From positions 366,568 through 430,567 of the forward strand of contig JAGDZT010000002.1 of the NCBI GenBank assembly GCA_049115635.1: a stretch of 64,000 nucleotides of DNA, read 5' to 3'. The DNA comes from Flavobacteriaceae bacterium (GTDB taxonomy: Bacteria > Bacteroidota > Bacteroidia > Flavobacteriales > Flavobacteriaceae). Made by a program: the position numbers and the translations under genes. The notes under the pieces were generated by a model. The model saw only the letters and a program-made list of their open reading frames with translations, had not been told where the DNA came from and did not search any database. Shown here in pieces: positions 10,368-19,846 of this stretch; position 1 is the stretch's first letter, and each line of letters begins with the position of its first letter.

Positions 10368-10422
10368 CAAAATTTGTAGCTCATTTTTAAGAACATAAGC
10401 CCCTCATTTTAAATCTAAATTC

Positions 10423-10430
10423 TATCTTTG
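10423..10430 (+). promoter_or_regulatory. Bacteroidetes sigma70 -7 box for DUF4920 gene
   Basis: TATCTTTG, 24 nt before ATG 10455. Confidence 0.65.
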
Positions 10431-10454
10431 TAGTAACGATTTAAATATTTAATC

Positions 10455-10961
10455 ATGAAAAAGTATATACTAGTCATTGCAGTTTTAGGACTTTCTTTAA
10501 CTGCGTGCAAAACATCAACTTCTGATAAGAAAGAAGTGAAAAAAGAAAAAATAGCTTTGGATTATGATGCTTTTGGAGCAGAGATTACTGCAGAGAAAGC
10601 AATGACTTCTGCAGAGATGCTTACCAAATTCAAAAGTTTACAATTAGAAGACTCCGTTGAAGTAAAATTTGCTTCTAAGATTAATGAAGTTTGCTCTAAA
10701 AAAGGATGTTGGATGAAACTTAATTTAGGAGACAGTACTGAAACAATGGTGCGCTTTAAAGATTACGGTTTCTTTATGCCTCTAGATTCAAAAGATAGAG
10801 AAGTTATTGTAGAAGGAATTGCAAAAGTGAAAAAAACTTCTGTAGCAGATTTAAAGCATTATGCTGAAGATGCTGGTAAAAGTAAAGAGGAAATCGCCAA
10901 AATTACAGAACCTAAGTTAGAGTACACATTTGAGGCTAGTGGAGTTTTGATGAAAAAATAA
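10455..10961 (+). CDS. DUF4920 lipoprotein
   Basis: Lipobox LTAC; VCSKKGCWM, VRFKDYGFFMP, HYAEDAGKS. Confidence 0.9.
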   Translation: MKKYILVIAVLGLSLTACKTSTSDKKEVKKEKIALDYDAFGAEITAEKAMTSAEMLTKFKSLQLEDSVEVKFASKINEVCSKKGCWMKLNLGDSTETMVRFKDYGFFMPLDSKDREVIVEGIAKVKKTSVADLKHYAEDAGKSKEEIAKITEPKLEYTFEASGVLMKK

Positions 10962-10980
10962 GTATTCAATAAGTAAATAG

Positions 10981-11020
10981 AATAATGGTGTCTGAACGTA
11001 GTTGAAGACACCATTATTTT
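10981..11020 (+). terminator. Terminator hairpin with REP-like loop
   Basis: aataatggtgtct / agacaccattatt 13-bp stem then T run; the ctgaacgtagttgaag core resembles ctgagcgtagtcgaag at 55125. Confidence 0.75.
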
Positions 11021-11034
11021 TTTAAGGCCAAGCA

Positions 11035-11697
11035 ATGAAACGTGAAATTATAACTACTTCTGATGGTTCTACAACCATACATCTTCCCGATTGGGATGAG
11101 CAATATCATTCTAAACATGGAGCGATACAGGAAGCAATTCACGTATTTATAAGAAGCGGTTTAGATCTCTTAGACCAAGAAACAATTGATATTTTAGAAA
11201 TTGGATTTGGAACTGGATTGAATGCTTTTATTTCTTTATTAGAAGCTCAGAGAAGAAATTTTAAAGTTGATTATGTTGGTATAGAGGCTTATCCTGTAGC
11301 GATAGAAGAGGTGCATAAGTTGAACTATGTCTCAGAACTTAAAGCAGAAAAATTCGGTAGAGAGTTTTATGAACTACATACAATTCCATGGGAAGAAAAA
11401 CAGAAAATTTCTAATAATTTCTCACTTATTAAAAGAAAGCAATTTTTTAAAGATATTGACGATGTTAATGCATTTAATCTCATCTATTTTGATGCTTTTG
11501 GAGCGAGAGTGCAACCAGAGTTATGGACAGAAGAAATTTTTCAGATAATGTATAATGCTCTTAGAGAAAAGGGAATTTTAGTAACCTACGCAGCTAAAGG
11601 TAGTGTAAGAAGAGCAATGCAGGCTGTTGGCTTTACCGTGGAAAGACTACCTGGCCCACCAGGAAAACGCGAAATGTTAAGAGCAATTAAAATTTAG
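11035..11697 (+). CDS. mnmD: tRNA mnm5s2U methyltransferase (stand-alone MnmD)
   Basis: T.DGS.T, YHSKHGAIQE, LEIGFGTGLN, YFDAF, PGPPGKREM. Confidence 0.93.
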   Translation: MKREIITTSDGSTTIHLPDWDEQYHSKHGAIQEAIHVFIRSGLDLLDQETIDILEIGFGTGLNAFISLLEAQRRNFKVDYVGIEAYPVAIEEVHKLNYVSELKAEKFGREFYELHTIPWEEKQKISNNFSLIKRKQFFKDIDDVNAFNLIYFDAFGARVQPELWTEEIFQIMYNALREKGILVTYAAKGSVRRAMQAVGFTVERLPGPPGKREMLRAIKI

Positions 11698-11784
11698 CAT
11701 AAGCCTATTAGATTTGGAATAATTTTTGAAGACTACTGTACCTAGATTACCTAAATTTTTATCTTAGCAAAAAATAGTACAACA

Positions 11785-11922
11785 ATGGAATTTAAAAGGA
11801 AATTTGGAAAACGTAAACAATCCAATCCTAAAAGAGGGCTGATACTTGTTATTTTATTAATTATTGTATTGTTACTTTGGTATAATGCAGAGGGCGTTAT
11901 GGAAAAATTATTCAGCAAATAA
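11785..11922 (+). CDS. 45-aa single-TM small protein (absent from ORF track)
   Basis: ATG 11785 to TAA 11922: MEFKRKFGKRKQSNPKRGLILVILLIIVLLLWYNAEGVMEKLFSK; A-rich leader; fills the gap exactly. Confidence 0.7.
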   Translation: MEFKRKFGKRKQSNPKRGLILVILLIIVLLLWYNAEGVMEKLFSK

Positions 11923-13062
11923 TTATTTCTTAAAGTGTCTGCCTTTCCATGTATAACCAGTACATATTGTTAATAGTACTATAAATACACTCAGAAAAGG
12001 ATATACAATTCCGTTCACAACATCGATTTTTATTCTTTTTTCTTTCTCAAAAAAGAAGTTAAATTTTTGTAATAAAAAGCTGTCAATCAAAATCTTAATC
12101 GTAAAAGAAATGATAAAAACAAGCAGTGATAGCTTGCCAAACAGGAAAAGAAAACTACTTATTACAATAACTAAATTCATTAGAAAAACAAGAACTCCAA
12201 CAAATTTTGTGTGAATCAGTTGATAGTTAGTAGCTTTTGAGGCCCATCGAATTCGTTGCTCAATAAACCCTTTCCAACTTTTTGCTGGAAACGTAGTAAC
12301 TAGTGCTTCTACTGATTTTAAAAAGTGAACTTCATTGGTATATTGTTGATGCATTTTTTCAAATAAAAACACATCGTCACCACTTGCGATAGTATTATTG
12401 CCTTCAAACCCATTTACTGCATAGAAAGCGGTCTTGGTATATGCCAAGTTTGCTCCATTACACATCATCGGTTTTTTAATCCCGAAACTGCCTATAGTGG
12501 CTGCTTGTAAAGTATGAAACTCGGCTAACTGAAACTTTTCTAATAGAGTATGATTGATTTGATACTTTACTGGACCAGCTATCATAACCGCCGTGTTTTG
12601 TTGAATAAAAATATTATAAGAGTTTAACCAATTCTTTGGAAGCATACAATCTGCATCTGTGGTAATTATCCACTCATGTGTTGCAAGCTCAATTGCAGTT
12701 TGAATGGCGTCCTTCTTTGGTGAATTTGAGACTCTTTTATTTTTAATAATATGAATGGTAGGTAGCACAGAGTTTAGATCCGTTTTTTTAAAAGAATCTT
12801 CTATTATTCTTACAGAGTTATCAGAAGAATCATCATCTACAAAAATAAACTCAACATACTCTTTAGGGTAGTTTAATTTTTTAATAGAATCTAACAATAG
12901 AGGGAGGTTCTTAGCTTCATTTCTAAAAGGAATAATGACCGTAAAAGGCGTTTTTAATATAGTATTCGAAAAGTTGAAAGTTGAGACTTTATCAAAACCA
13001 ATTAGCAACCATAGCATGCATAGACAGTATATAAAAAGTACGATCCCGATTGCAAACATCAT
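11923..13062 (-). CDS. Family 2 glycosyltransferase, membrane-anchored
   Basis: IIPFRNE, VDDDSSD, TTDADC, GANLAY, SGDD and QRIRW motifs. Confidence 0.93.
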   Translation of the reverse strand: MMFAIGIVLFIYCLCMLWLLIGFDKVSTFNFSNTILKTPFTVIIPFRNEAKNLPLLLDSIKKLNYPKEYVEFIFVDDDSSDNSVRIIEDSFKKTDLNSVLPTIHIIKNKRVSNSPKKDAIQTAIELATHEWIITTDADCMLPKNWLNSYNIFIQQNTAVMIAGPVKYQINHTLLEKFQLAEFHTLQAATIGSFGIKKPMMCNGANLAYTKTAFYAVNGFEGNNTIASGDDVFLFEKMHQQYTNEVHFLKSVEALVTTFPAKSWKGFIEQRIRWASKATNYQLIHTKFVGVLVFLMNLVIVISSFLFLFGKLSLLVFIISFTIKILIDSFLLQKFNFFFEKEKRIKIDVVNGIVYPFLSVFIVLLTICTGYTWKGRHFKK

Positions 13063-14012
13063 TCTTGAATAGGTTTAAATGTCAAAACAAAATAACTTCC
13101 AATAATTGCAGGCAGCGCAAAATTTAACATCCACATAATTGTGGTAATTGATATAATAGATATCGTATCAACTTCAAAAAAAGAAAAAACGAATATAGCT
13201 ACAGACCCTTTTAAGATAAAATCAAACAAGGAAAGCATAGGGATCATAGACGCAATCAAATACATGGAAGAGATTCCTGCCAAAGCATCCCAATAAGAAA
13301 TATCAATATTAAAAATCAATAATAAAACATAAAACTGGTGTGAAAAAACAAGGTATCTAAACAAGGATAAGAGCATCACTTTTGCATTAGATTTTATATT
13401 GATTAGTTTAAAACGAGTAATAATCGCCCCTAGCCATATTTTAAAACGAGTATTTATTTTGAATAGAATCAGTAAGCTAACAATTGTAATTACAATTAAA
13501 TAAAACATATACATAACTCCTTTAGAAACTAAACCGTCTAACTCTATACCTGCGTAGAACAATCCAAGCCATCCTAAAAAGAGTGTAAAAAAGAGTTGAT
13601 AAAAATTACCGATAAAGTTTAAAACTAAGATACTTTTTCTTTTAGGCTTCCTGTAATACAATGCTTTGGCTCCATAATCGCCAATTCTGTTTGGAGTAAT
13701 TAGTGAAAAAGTAAGTGATGATAAACTTTGTTTAGTTGCATTTTTAAATGAAATAAATTCGATTTTTTGTGTTAGAACTTGCCATTTTTTAATTTCTAGA
13801 AACCAATTAATGAGTGTAAAAATGAGTAAAAAAGCAATGTTTTTTAACGAAATCACTTCATTTTTGACTAAAATTAGCCAAAAATCATTGATTTTTAACT
13901 CTTCACTATTTACAATAACATCGTAAATAAAGAAACTGCAAACAATAACAATAGCTACTTTTAAGACAAGCCACAAGAATTGATTAGATTTGTATGATAA
14001 CGAGTTCAACAC
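13059..14012 (-). CDS. Lysylphosphatidylglycerol synthase TM-domain (flippase-like) protein
   Basis: LNWFLEIKKWQ and TPNRIGDYG motifs, multiple TMs; start placed near 14012 to avoid overlap with ruvC. Confidence 0.8.
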   Translation of the reverse strand: MLNSLSYKSNQFLWLVLKVAIVIVCSFFIYDVIVNSEELKINDFWLILVKNEVISLKNIAFLLIFTLINWFLEIKKWQVLTQKIEFISFKNATKQSLSSLTFSLITPNRIGDYGAKALYYRKPKRKSILVLNFIGNFYQLFFTLFLGWLGLFYAGIELDGLVSKGVMYMFYLIVITIVSLLILFKINTRFKIWLGAIITRFKLINIKSNAKVMLLSLFRYLVFSHQFYVLLLIFNIDISYWDALAGISSMYLIASMIPMLSLFDFILKGSVAIFVFSFFEVDTISIISITTIMWMLNFALPAIIGSYFVLTFKPIQE

Positions 14013-14031
14013 AAAACAAAGAACGTAAAAA

Positions 14032-14583
14032 TTGAGTGTAGAAAAAATCATTTTAGGAATTGATCCTGGAACAACCATAATGGGGTTTGGATTAATAAAA
14101 GTTGTGGGTAAGAAAATGGAGTTCATTCAGATGAACGAATTACAGCTTAAAAAATATGATGATCATTATGTAAAGCTCAAACTTATTTTTGAACGTACTA
14201 TTGAATTAATTGATACTCATCATCCAGATGAAATTGCCATAGAAGCACCCTTTTTTGGAAAGAATGTTCAATCAATGTTAAAACTAGGAAGGGCACAAGG
14301 AGTTGCCATGGCGGCTGGGCTATCTAGACAAATTCCTATTACAGAATACCTGCCTAAGAAGATTAAAATGGCTATAACTGGAAACGGGAATGCTAGTAAA
14401 GAACAGGTAGCTAAAATGCTACAAAGTTTATTAGACTTAAAAACGCTGCCTAAAAATTTAGATGCTACCGATGGTTTGGCTGCTGCAGTTTGTCATTTTT
14501 ATAATGCAGGAAAAATAGCCACTGGAAAAAATTATACTGGCTGGGATGCCTTTGTAAAACAGAACCCGAAAAAAGTAACATAG
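14032..14583 (+). CDS. ruvC: Holliday junction resolvase RuvC
   Basis: [37 protein letters not shown]; TTG start. Confidence 0.97.
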   Translation: MSVEKIILGIDPGTTIMGFGLIKVVGKKMEFIQMNELQLKKYDDHYVKLKLIFERTIELIDTHHPDEIAIEAPFFGKNVQSMLKLGRAQGVAMAAGLSRQIPITEYLPKKIKMAITGNGNASKEQVAKMLQSLLDLKTLPKNLDATDGLAAAVCHFYNAGKIATGKNYTGWDAFVKQNPKKVT

Positions 14584-14584
14584 A

Positions 14585-15328
14585 ATGAGTATTCAAAATC
14601 ATTGCGAAAACTGTCAGAATGAAATTCAAGGGAATTTTTGCAGTTATTGTGGACAAAAAAAAGGCATAGGTAAAATCACTTTCAAAGAAACCTTTCACGA
14701 TTTTGTAGAGATGGTGTTTTCTGTGAATGCCCCATTAATGAAGGCATCAAAACTGTTGGTAACAAATCCAGGAAAATTATTCAGAGAATATTTATCTGGA
14801 AAAAGGAAAACGTATTATAAGCCAGTTTCATTTTTTATTATTTCTACCATAGTATATTTAGTAATAAGATCTTTAATTAATTACAACCCAATGGCTAACG
14901 CAAATATAGGCACTGTTCCTAAAGATTTTGAAGTTACACTGTTTATGAAAGCAGGCCAGTATATGGTCACAAACATCAACAATATTATGTTTCTGTTTGT
15001 ATTTACATTAGGCTTGTTTTTTAAATTCTTGTTTTACAAAAGAAATAGTCTTGCTGAGTTTATAGCTATTTCTTTTTATCTCGTTGGAGCATATACACTT
15101 ATAGGAACGTTAATTATGTTTTACCTTAAGTATAGTGGGTCTGGACAAAACTATATACCTGTACTCGTTTTTTTATTTTATATTTTATATGCTTTTTCTT
15201 CTTATTTTAAGAGTAAAAGTTTTCTAACAATACTTAAAATTATGGTAGCCTACATTCTTTCTTTTATATTTTATGCAATGTTAGGATACGGATTGTCTTT
15301 CTTAATAGTTTGGTTAAAAAGTTTATAA
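14585..15328 (+). CDS. DUF3667 membrane protein
   Basis: CENC..FCSYCGQ zinc ribbon, PGKLFREYLSGKR..Y.KP, TM helices. Confidence 0.85.
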   Translation: MSIQNHCENCQNEIQGNFCSYCGQKKGIGKITFKETFHDFVEMVFSVNAPLMKASKLLVTNPGKLFREYLSGKRKTYYKPVSFFIISTIVYLVIRSLINYNPMANANIGTVPKDFEVTLFMKAGQYMVTNINNIMFLFVFTLGLFFKFLFYKRNSLAEFIAISFYLVGAYTLIGTLIMFYLKYSGSGQNYIPVLVFLFYILYAFSSYFKSKSFLTILKIMVAYILSFIFYAMLGYGLSFLIVWLKSL

Positions 15329-16459
15329 TTGGCAGGAATCTACATCCATATTCCGTTTTGTAAGCAAGCTTGTTTCTATTGTGACTTTCATTTTTCTACA
15401 TCTTTAAAGAAAAAAGATTCGCTTATACATGCCTTGATAAAAGAAATTAAACTGCGAAAAGACGAACTTCAAAACGAGCAGATTGAAACCATCTATTTTG
15501 GTGGAGGTACTCCGAGTATGTTATCGCAATCTGAGATTGATAAAATTATACAGGCAGTGTACCAAAATCATAAAGTAATTGCTACTCCAGAGATTACGTT
15601 AGAAGCCAATCCAGATGATTTAACGGAAGGTAAGATATTAGAACTTTCCAAGAGTAAAATTAATAGGCTAAGTATTGGAATACAATCTTTTTTTGAAGAG
15701 GATTTAAAGCTTATGAATCGTGCGCATAATGCCAAAGAAGCAAAAGATTGCCTATCAGTGGCGATTCGACATTTTGAGAACATCTCGGTGGATTTAATTT
15801 ATGGAATTCCAGATTTGACTAACGAGAAATGGATAGAAAACATCCAAACAGTATTGTCTTTTGGAGTGCCACATATCTCGAGTTATGCCTTAACGGTAGA
15901 GCCTAAAACTGCCTTAGCGTCGTTTATTAAAAAAGGGATTATCAAAAATGTAGATGATGCTCAAGCCGAGGAACAATTTCATTTGCTAATAGATGCCCTA
16001 GATGAACATGAATTTGTGCATTATGAATTGTCAAATTTTGGAAAGGAAGAATTCTTTAGTAAAAATAATTCAGCCTATTGGCAAGGGAAGTCGTATTTAG
16101 GAATTGGGCCATCAGCCCATTCTTTTAATGGTAAAAAGAGAGGTTGGAATGTGCGAAATAATGCAAAATATATAGCATCATTAGATGAGAATCTGCTTCC
16201 GATTGAAGAAGAAATACTCTCTAAAACAGATCGATATAATGAGTATGTCATGACAGGCTTAAGGACCATTTGGGGGGTATCATTAGAAAAGGTTAAAGTT
16301 GATTTTGGTGAAAGCTACCATCGTTATCTTTTAGAGCAAGCAGATAAATATATAATCCAACAATTGTTGTATATTGATGAGGAAAAGTTAAGAACAACCA
16401 AAAAAGGAAAATTTTTATCAGACGGGATTGCCTCAGATTTGTTCAAACTAAATCTTTAA
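15329..16459 (+). CDS. hemW: Radical SAM heme chaperone HemW
   Basis: YIHIPFCKQACFYCDF, YFGGGTPS, TLEANP, HNA, YELSNF, YLGIGPSAH. Confidence 0.95.
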   Translation: MAGIYIHIPFCKQACFYCDFHFSTSLKKKDSLIHALIKEIKLRKDELQNEQIETIYFGGGTPSMLSQSEIDKIIQAVYQNHKVIATPEITLEANPDDLTEGKILELSKSKINRLSIGIQSFFEEDLKLMNRAHNAKEAKDCLSVAIRHFENISVDLIYGIPDLTNEKWIENIQTVLSFGVPHISSYALTVEPKTALASFIKKGIIKNVDDAQAEEQFHLLIDALDEHEFVHYELSNFGKEEFFSKNNSAYWQGKSYLGIGPSAHSFNGKKRGWNVRNNAKYIASLDENLLPIEEEILSKTDRYNEYVMTGLRTIWGVSLEKVKVDFGESYHRYLLEQADKYIIQQLLYIDEEKLRTTKKGKFLSDGIASDLFKLNL

Positions 16460-16474
16460 ACATATAAATACATT

Positions 16475-16545
16475 TGTCATTTTGAGTGGAGTCATAAAAT
16501 CTAAAAAAGGAGATTTCTCAGTCGTTCTACTTCTTCGAAATGACA
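16475..16545. repeat. Decayed REP/BIME-like element
   Basis: Terminal inverted repeat tgtcattt / aaatgaca with inner aaatct / agattt arms. Confidence 0.65.
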
Positions 16546-16566
16546 GTTATAACAAGTTCAGCATAA

Positions 16567-17316
16567 ATGATAGCAGAAATAAAAGCCAACTCAAAAAAAT
16601 ATACAATTGATTTAAAAAAACCGATTGATATTTCTATCGCCTTAGATCCTTCAAAACAAAATGTAAACGCTTGGTATATAGGTCCGCCTAAAATATATCC
16701 AGTAGCTACAGAAGAATGGGTAGGTAGCGTGGCGCAAGGATTCGATGTAAATTTTAATATGATAGAATTCAACCCACACTCACATGTAACACATACAGAA
16801 ACGGCTGGGCATATTACCGAGAAGATACATTCTATTAATCAACATTTAAAACAATACTTTTTTCTAGCAGAAGTAGTAACTATTGCTCCAGAAGCAAAAG
16901 ATGATGATTTCTTTATTTCTAAAAAACAACTTCAATATGCATTAGGGAATAAGAAAAGAGAAGCTATTGTCATTCGTACACTTCCTAATCTAGAAGATAA
17001 AAAGGCGATGCAATATTCTAATACCAATCCACCATATTTACTAGAAGAAGCAGCCATTTATTTACGTGAGAAAGGCATCAAACATTTATTGGTGGATTTA
17101 CCATCTGTAGATAGAGAAAAGGACGGTGGAAATTTATTGTCGCACAATGCTTTTTGGAATACTGCTGGGAAGTTACGATTAGATGCGACGATTACAGAAT
17201 TTATATTTGTGCCTAATAGCGTAGAAGACGGCACCTATTTTTTAAACCTAATGATTGCCCCTTTTGAAAACGATGCGAGTCCTAGTAAGCCAGTCTTGTA
17301 TGAAGTTTTAGAATAA
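16567..17316 (+). CDS. Cyclase family (kynurenine formamidase-like) protein
   Basis: NPHSHVTHTE (variant of HxGTHxD), HLLVDLPSVD, TITE. Confidence 0.85.
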   Translation: MIAEIKANSKKYTIDLKKPIDISIALDPSKQNVNAWYIGPPKIYPVATEEWVGSVAQGFDVNFNMIEFNPHSHVTHTETAGHITEKIHSINQHLKQYFFLAEVVTIAPEAKDDDFFISKKQLQYALGNKKREAIVIRTLPNLEDKKAMQYSNTNPPYLLEEAAIYLREKGIKHLLVDLPSVDREKDGGNLLSHNAFWNTAGKLRLDATITEFIFVPNSVEDGTYFLNLMIAPFENDASPSKPVLYEVLE

Positions 17317-17319
17317 AAA

Positions 17320-18120
17320 TTAGTTTTGATCTAAGCCGTTCCAATCATATAAGCCATACCAATACCAATTTTTCTCACTACAGCTTAGATTTACATTTCC
17401 ATAATTCGTTTTTATACCTTCATCAAAATCATATACTTTGAAGAAATAAGTACTATCTAGTTTTAGATTGTTAATGATTCGTTTAATTGAATCTAGGTCT
17501 TTCTTGGAGATGGATTTATCTACTACTAAAGTAATAGGATGTGTATTCTTATTAATATTTAAAGACATATAATCATTTAATAGAGAGGTAGCATAATCAT
17601 TGTTGGTTTTTAATGTTTTATTACTACTCCCTTTTATTGTTACTGCTCCATTTTGCCAACCGATGTATATTTCAGGGTATTCATAGTCTTTTATTTTTAT
17701 TAACGAAGTAAGTTGATTTACTTTCGGTAGATCTATCTTTAGATTGTACTCTTTTAAATAATGTTTCCAGAAATCGTCAACTTTTAAAAGTAAATGTTCT
17801 AAAGTATCACCTTCCACAATAACATAAATTGAATCTTTAGCAGAGTTGAACCTGTAGTCAAAATAAGAATATTCGTTATAACCTGGAATACCTTTGCTTT
17901 TAGGATAATGAAAGTAAATTTTTGATGAATCTACCGTCCATGTTCCTACAAATTTCTTGCAATAGGACCAAGATACTACTGAGTCTTGATAGAACTGTAT
18001 TTGATTGTGAAATCCAGTAGGTCTATCATCCCAAATACCTATAAAATTTTCTTTAGAGTATTTATTTGAGCAGTTATAAAAACTAAAACAAACAAAGATT
18101 AGGATTATTATCTTTTTCAT
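17320..18120 (-). CDS. Hypothetical lipoprotein
   Basis: Lipobox FYNC; C-terminal LVVDKSI segment loosely ExbD-like. Confidence 0.7.
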   Translation of the reverse strand: MKKIIILIFVCFSFYNCSNKYSKENFIGIWDDRPTGFHNQIQFYQDSVVSWSYCKKFVGTWTVDSSKIYFHYPKSKGIPGYNEYSYFDYRFNSAKDSIYVIVEGDTLEHLLLKVDDFWKHYLKEYNLKIDLPKVNQLTSLIKIKDYEYPEIYIGWQNGAVTIKGSSNKTLKTNNDYATSLLNDYMSLNINKNTHPITLVVDKSISKKDLDSIKRIINNLKLDSTYFFKVYDFDEGIKTNYGNVNLSCSEKNWYWYGLYDWNGLDQN

Positions 18121-18156
18121 AATTGACGCATAGATTTACTCTAAAATTACTTAATT

Positions 18157-18303
18157 TTAAATAAACCTAGCCCCTAATGCTATATATAGCACAATCAACA
18201 TAATCGCTATCGTAACTTGTAAGAACTTTAACGTTATTTTTTTCAATAACTTATTTCCAATATATGCACCAGAGATCGCAGCTAAGGTGACCCAAACAAC
18301 TAA
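18157..18303 (-). pseudogene. 3' remnant of a membrane-protein gene, probably TauE/SafE sulfite-exporter family
   Basis: Start-less frame LVVWVTLAAISGAYIGNKLLKKITLKFLQVTIAIMLIVLYIALGARFI* resembles TauE C-termini (GAYIG.KL pattern); the upstream part is replaced by palindromic DNA. Confidence 0.65.
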
Positions 18304-18535
18304 AACATAATATCATACAAAACCGAGTTTGAAAGCGATACGAGTCCGAGTAAGCTAGTCTTGTATGAAGTGATGGGGTAGTTTCGTTATCGTGTCTCGT
18401 GGAATGACTAGTTGCGCTTGCCTGCCGAAGGCAGGTGTTTCAACACCTAATTTAGCAAATACAAACCGAATAGAAAATCCGCGAGGATTTTCGTAAGTTG
18501 GCTATAATTAGCAATGAATTATACCCATTATTAGG
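18304..18535 (-). repeat. Composite palindromic attC-like/REP element
   Basis: Nested inverted repeats: tcatacaa/ttgtatga (18313-18369), cctgcc/ggcagg (18421-18435), aggtgtt/aacacct (18433-18448), gaaaatcc/ggattttc (18473-18492); GC-richer than flanks. Confidence 0.7.
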
Positions 18536-18550
18536 TTTAGTTATTTGAAT

Positions 18551-19777
18551 TTATTCACCTTTCAATTTTGTTAAGCCCTTTAAAGTAGTTAAATACTTAC
18601 TAAGATTCAATCCATAATCAAGTATTGTATCGTCGCTCATTTCAGATGTTTTAAAACCTAAACCACTAAAATATTTTTTAATTATTAAGATAGATTTTGG
18701 TTTCCATGTTTCAGGATAAAACTCTTTAATATTATTAACTTGTGCATTTATTGCTAATTCCATTTGCACTACAATCTTACTTAAATCTTTGTTGACAAGA
18801 TTGTTTTTTTTGTTTCTCCATTTTTGATGTTCATAGTTTTCTGAACTAGGATAAATTTTATAAATAACTCTGGGATTTAACTCATCATTTTCTTCCTCAA
18901 CATCTTCATCACACATGTAAAAATTTAGATTTAGTTTTGGTATTTCTTTTTTATAACCCTTAATTTCATCTACAAGTAGCCCTGTCATTTTTTCCAAAGT
19001 TTTTAATCGAAGTTTAGCATATGTTTTACCATAATAATCTACTTGTTTATTATTATAATCTATAGGCTCGATGTAAATGTATGTAGGTTCAATAACTTCA
19101 ACAGTGTTTCCAACTTTTCTAGTTCGTTTAATATTAGGATGAAAATATTTTGCAAATTTCATTTTCACATTATTAAATTTATAACAATGCTTGTTAACTG
19201 TAGAGTTACCATTGTATTTTTTTCTGATATTCATTGACCTTTGAGTATACTTCCAACCTGCTTTCTTTTTATTTTCATTAGTTGCTCTTAAACGTTCTAC
19301 TTTGTCAGTTTTATAAGAGGGTATTCCAATTGTTTGGTGAAGTATCTGTCCGTCACAATTGTGGCAGTATGCTTGAGCTATGCCAAATGAAGTATAGATT
19401 TTAATAAATGAGTCAGGAGATGAGTCATTGTATTCAAAGGCATTTTTCGGATCAACATAAAAGCTTGATACACCAGATTTACTACCTCCTTTAGGGTTGT
19501 AAATAACATTACCTCCCCGCTTCATAAAAGCAAATGAAGCTTCATCATTTTTACCAACACCAAAGAAATATTCCTTTTCACCTGGTTTAATTGGATACCA
19601 ACCTTTATAAGTGTCTGATTTATGTATATACTTATTCGAAGGATGATAGCCATAAGCAACATAAACTGTTTCATCTCCAGTATTTTCAAGATATACTTCA
19701 ATTACTTGACTGAATGAATCTACAGGCATTAACATAAAAAAATAAAGTGCTAATAGTATTATATTTAGTTTTTTCAT
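18551..19777 (-). CDS. Secreted hypothetical protein with N-terminal DUF1036-like domain
   Basis: Signal peptide; N.GDETVYVAYGY...GWYPIKPGE resembles DUF1036; remainder unrecognised. Confidence 0.65.
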   Translation of the reverse strand: MKKLNIILLALYFFMLMPVDSFSQVIEVYLENTGDETVYVAYGYHPSNKYIHKSDTYKGWYPIKPGEKEYFFGVGKNDEASFAFMKRGGNVIYNPKGGSKSGVSSFYVDPKNAFEYNDSSPDSFIKIYTSFGIAQAYCHNCDGQILHQTIGIPSYKTDKVERLRATNENKKKAGWKYTQRSMNIRKKYNGNSTVNKHCYKFNNVKMKFAKYFHPNIKRTRKVGNTVEVIEPTYIYIEPIDYNNKQVDYYGKTYAKLRLKTLEKMTGLLVDEIKGYKKEIPKLNLNFYMCDEDVEEENDELNPRVIYKIYPSSENYEHQKWRNKKNNLVNKDLSKIVVQMELAINAQVNNIKEFYPETWKPKSILIIKKYFSGLGFKTSEMSDDTILDYGLNLSKYLTTLKGLTKLKGE

Positions 19778-19846
19778 GATGTTTTATTTTTATTCTTTCT
19801 AGCTGTTTTTAGGAATTATTCAATTAGTCTTTAATCTGCGATATTG

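Noticed and set aside
18304-18535. Possible CRISPR array
   Set aside because: No equal-length direct repeats with spacers, and no cas genes
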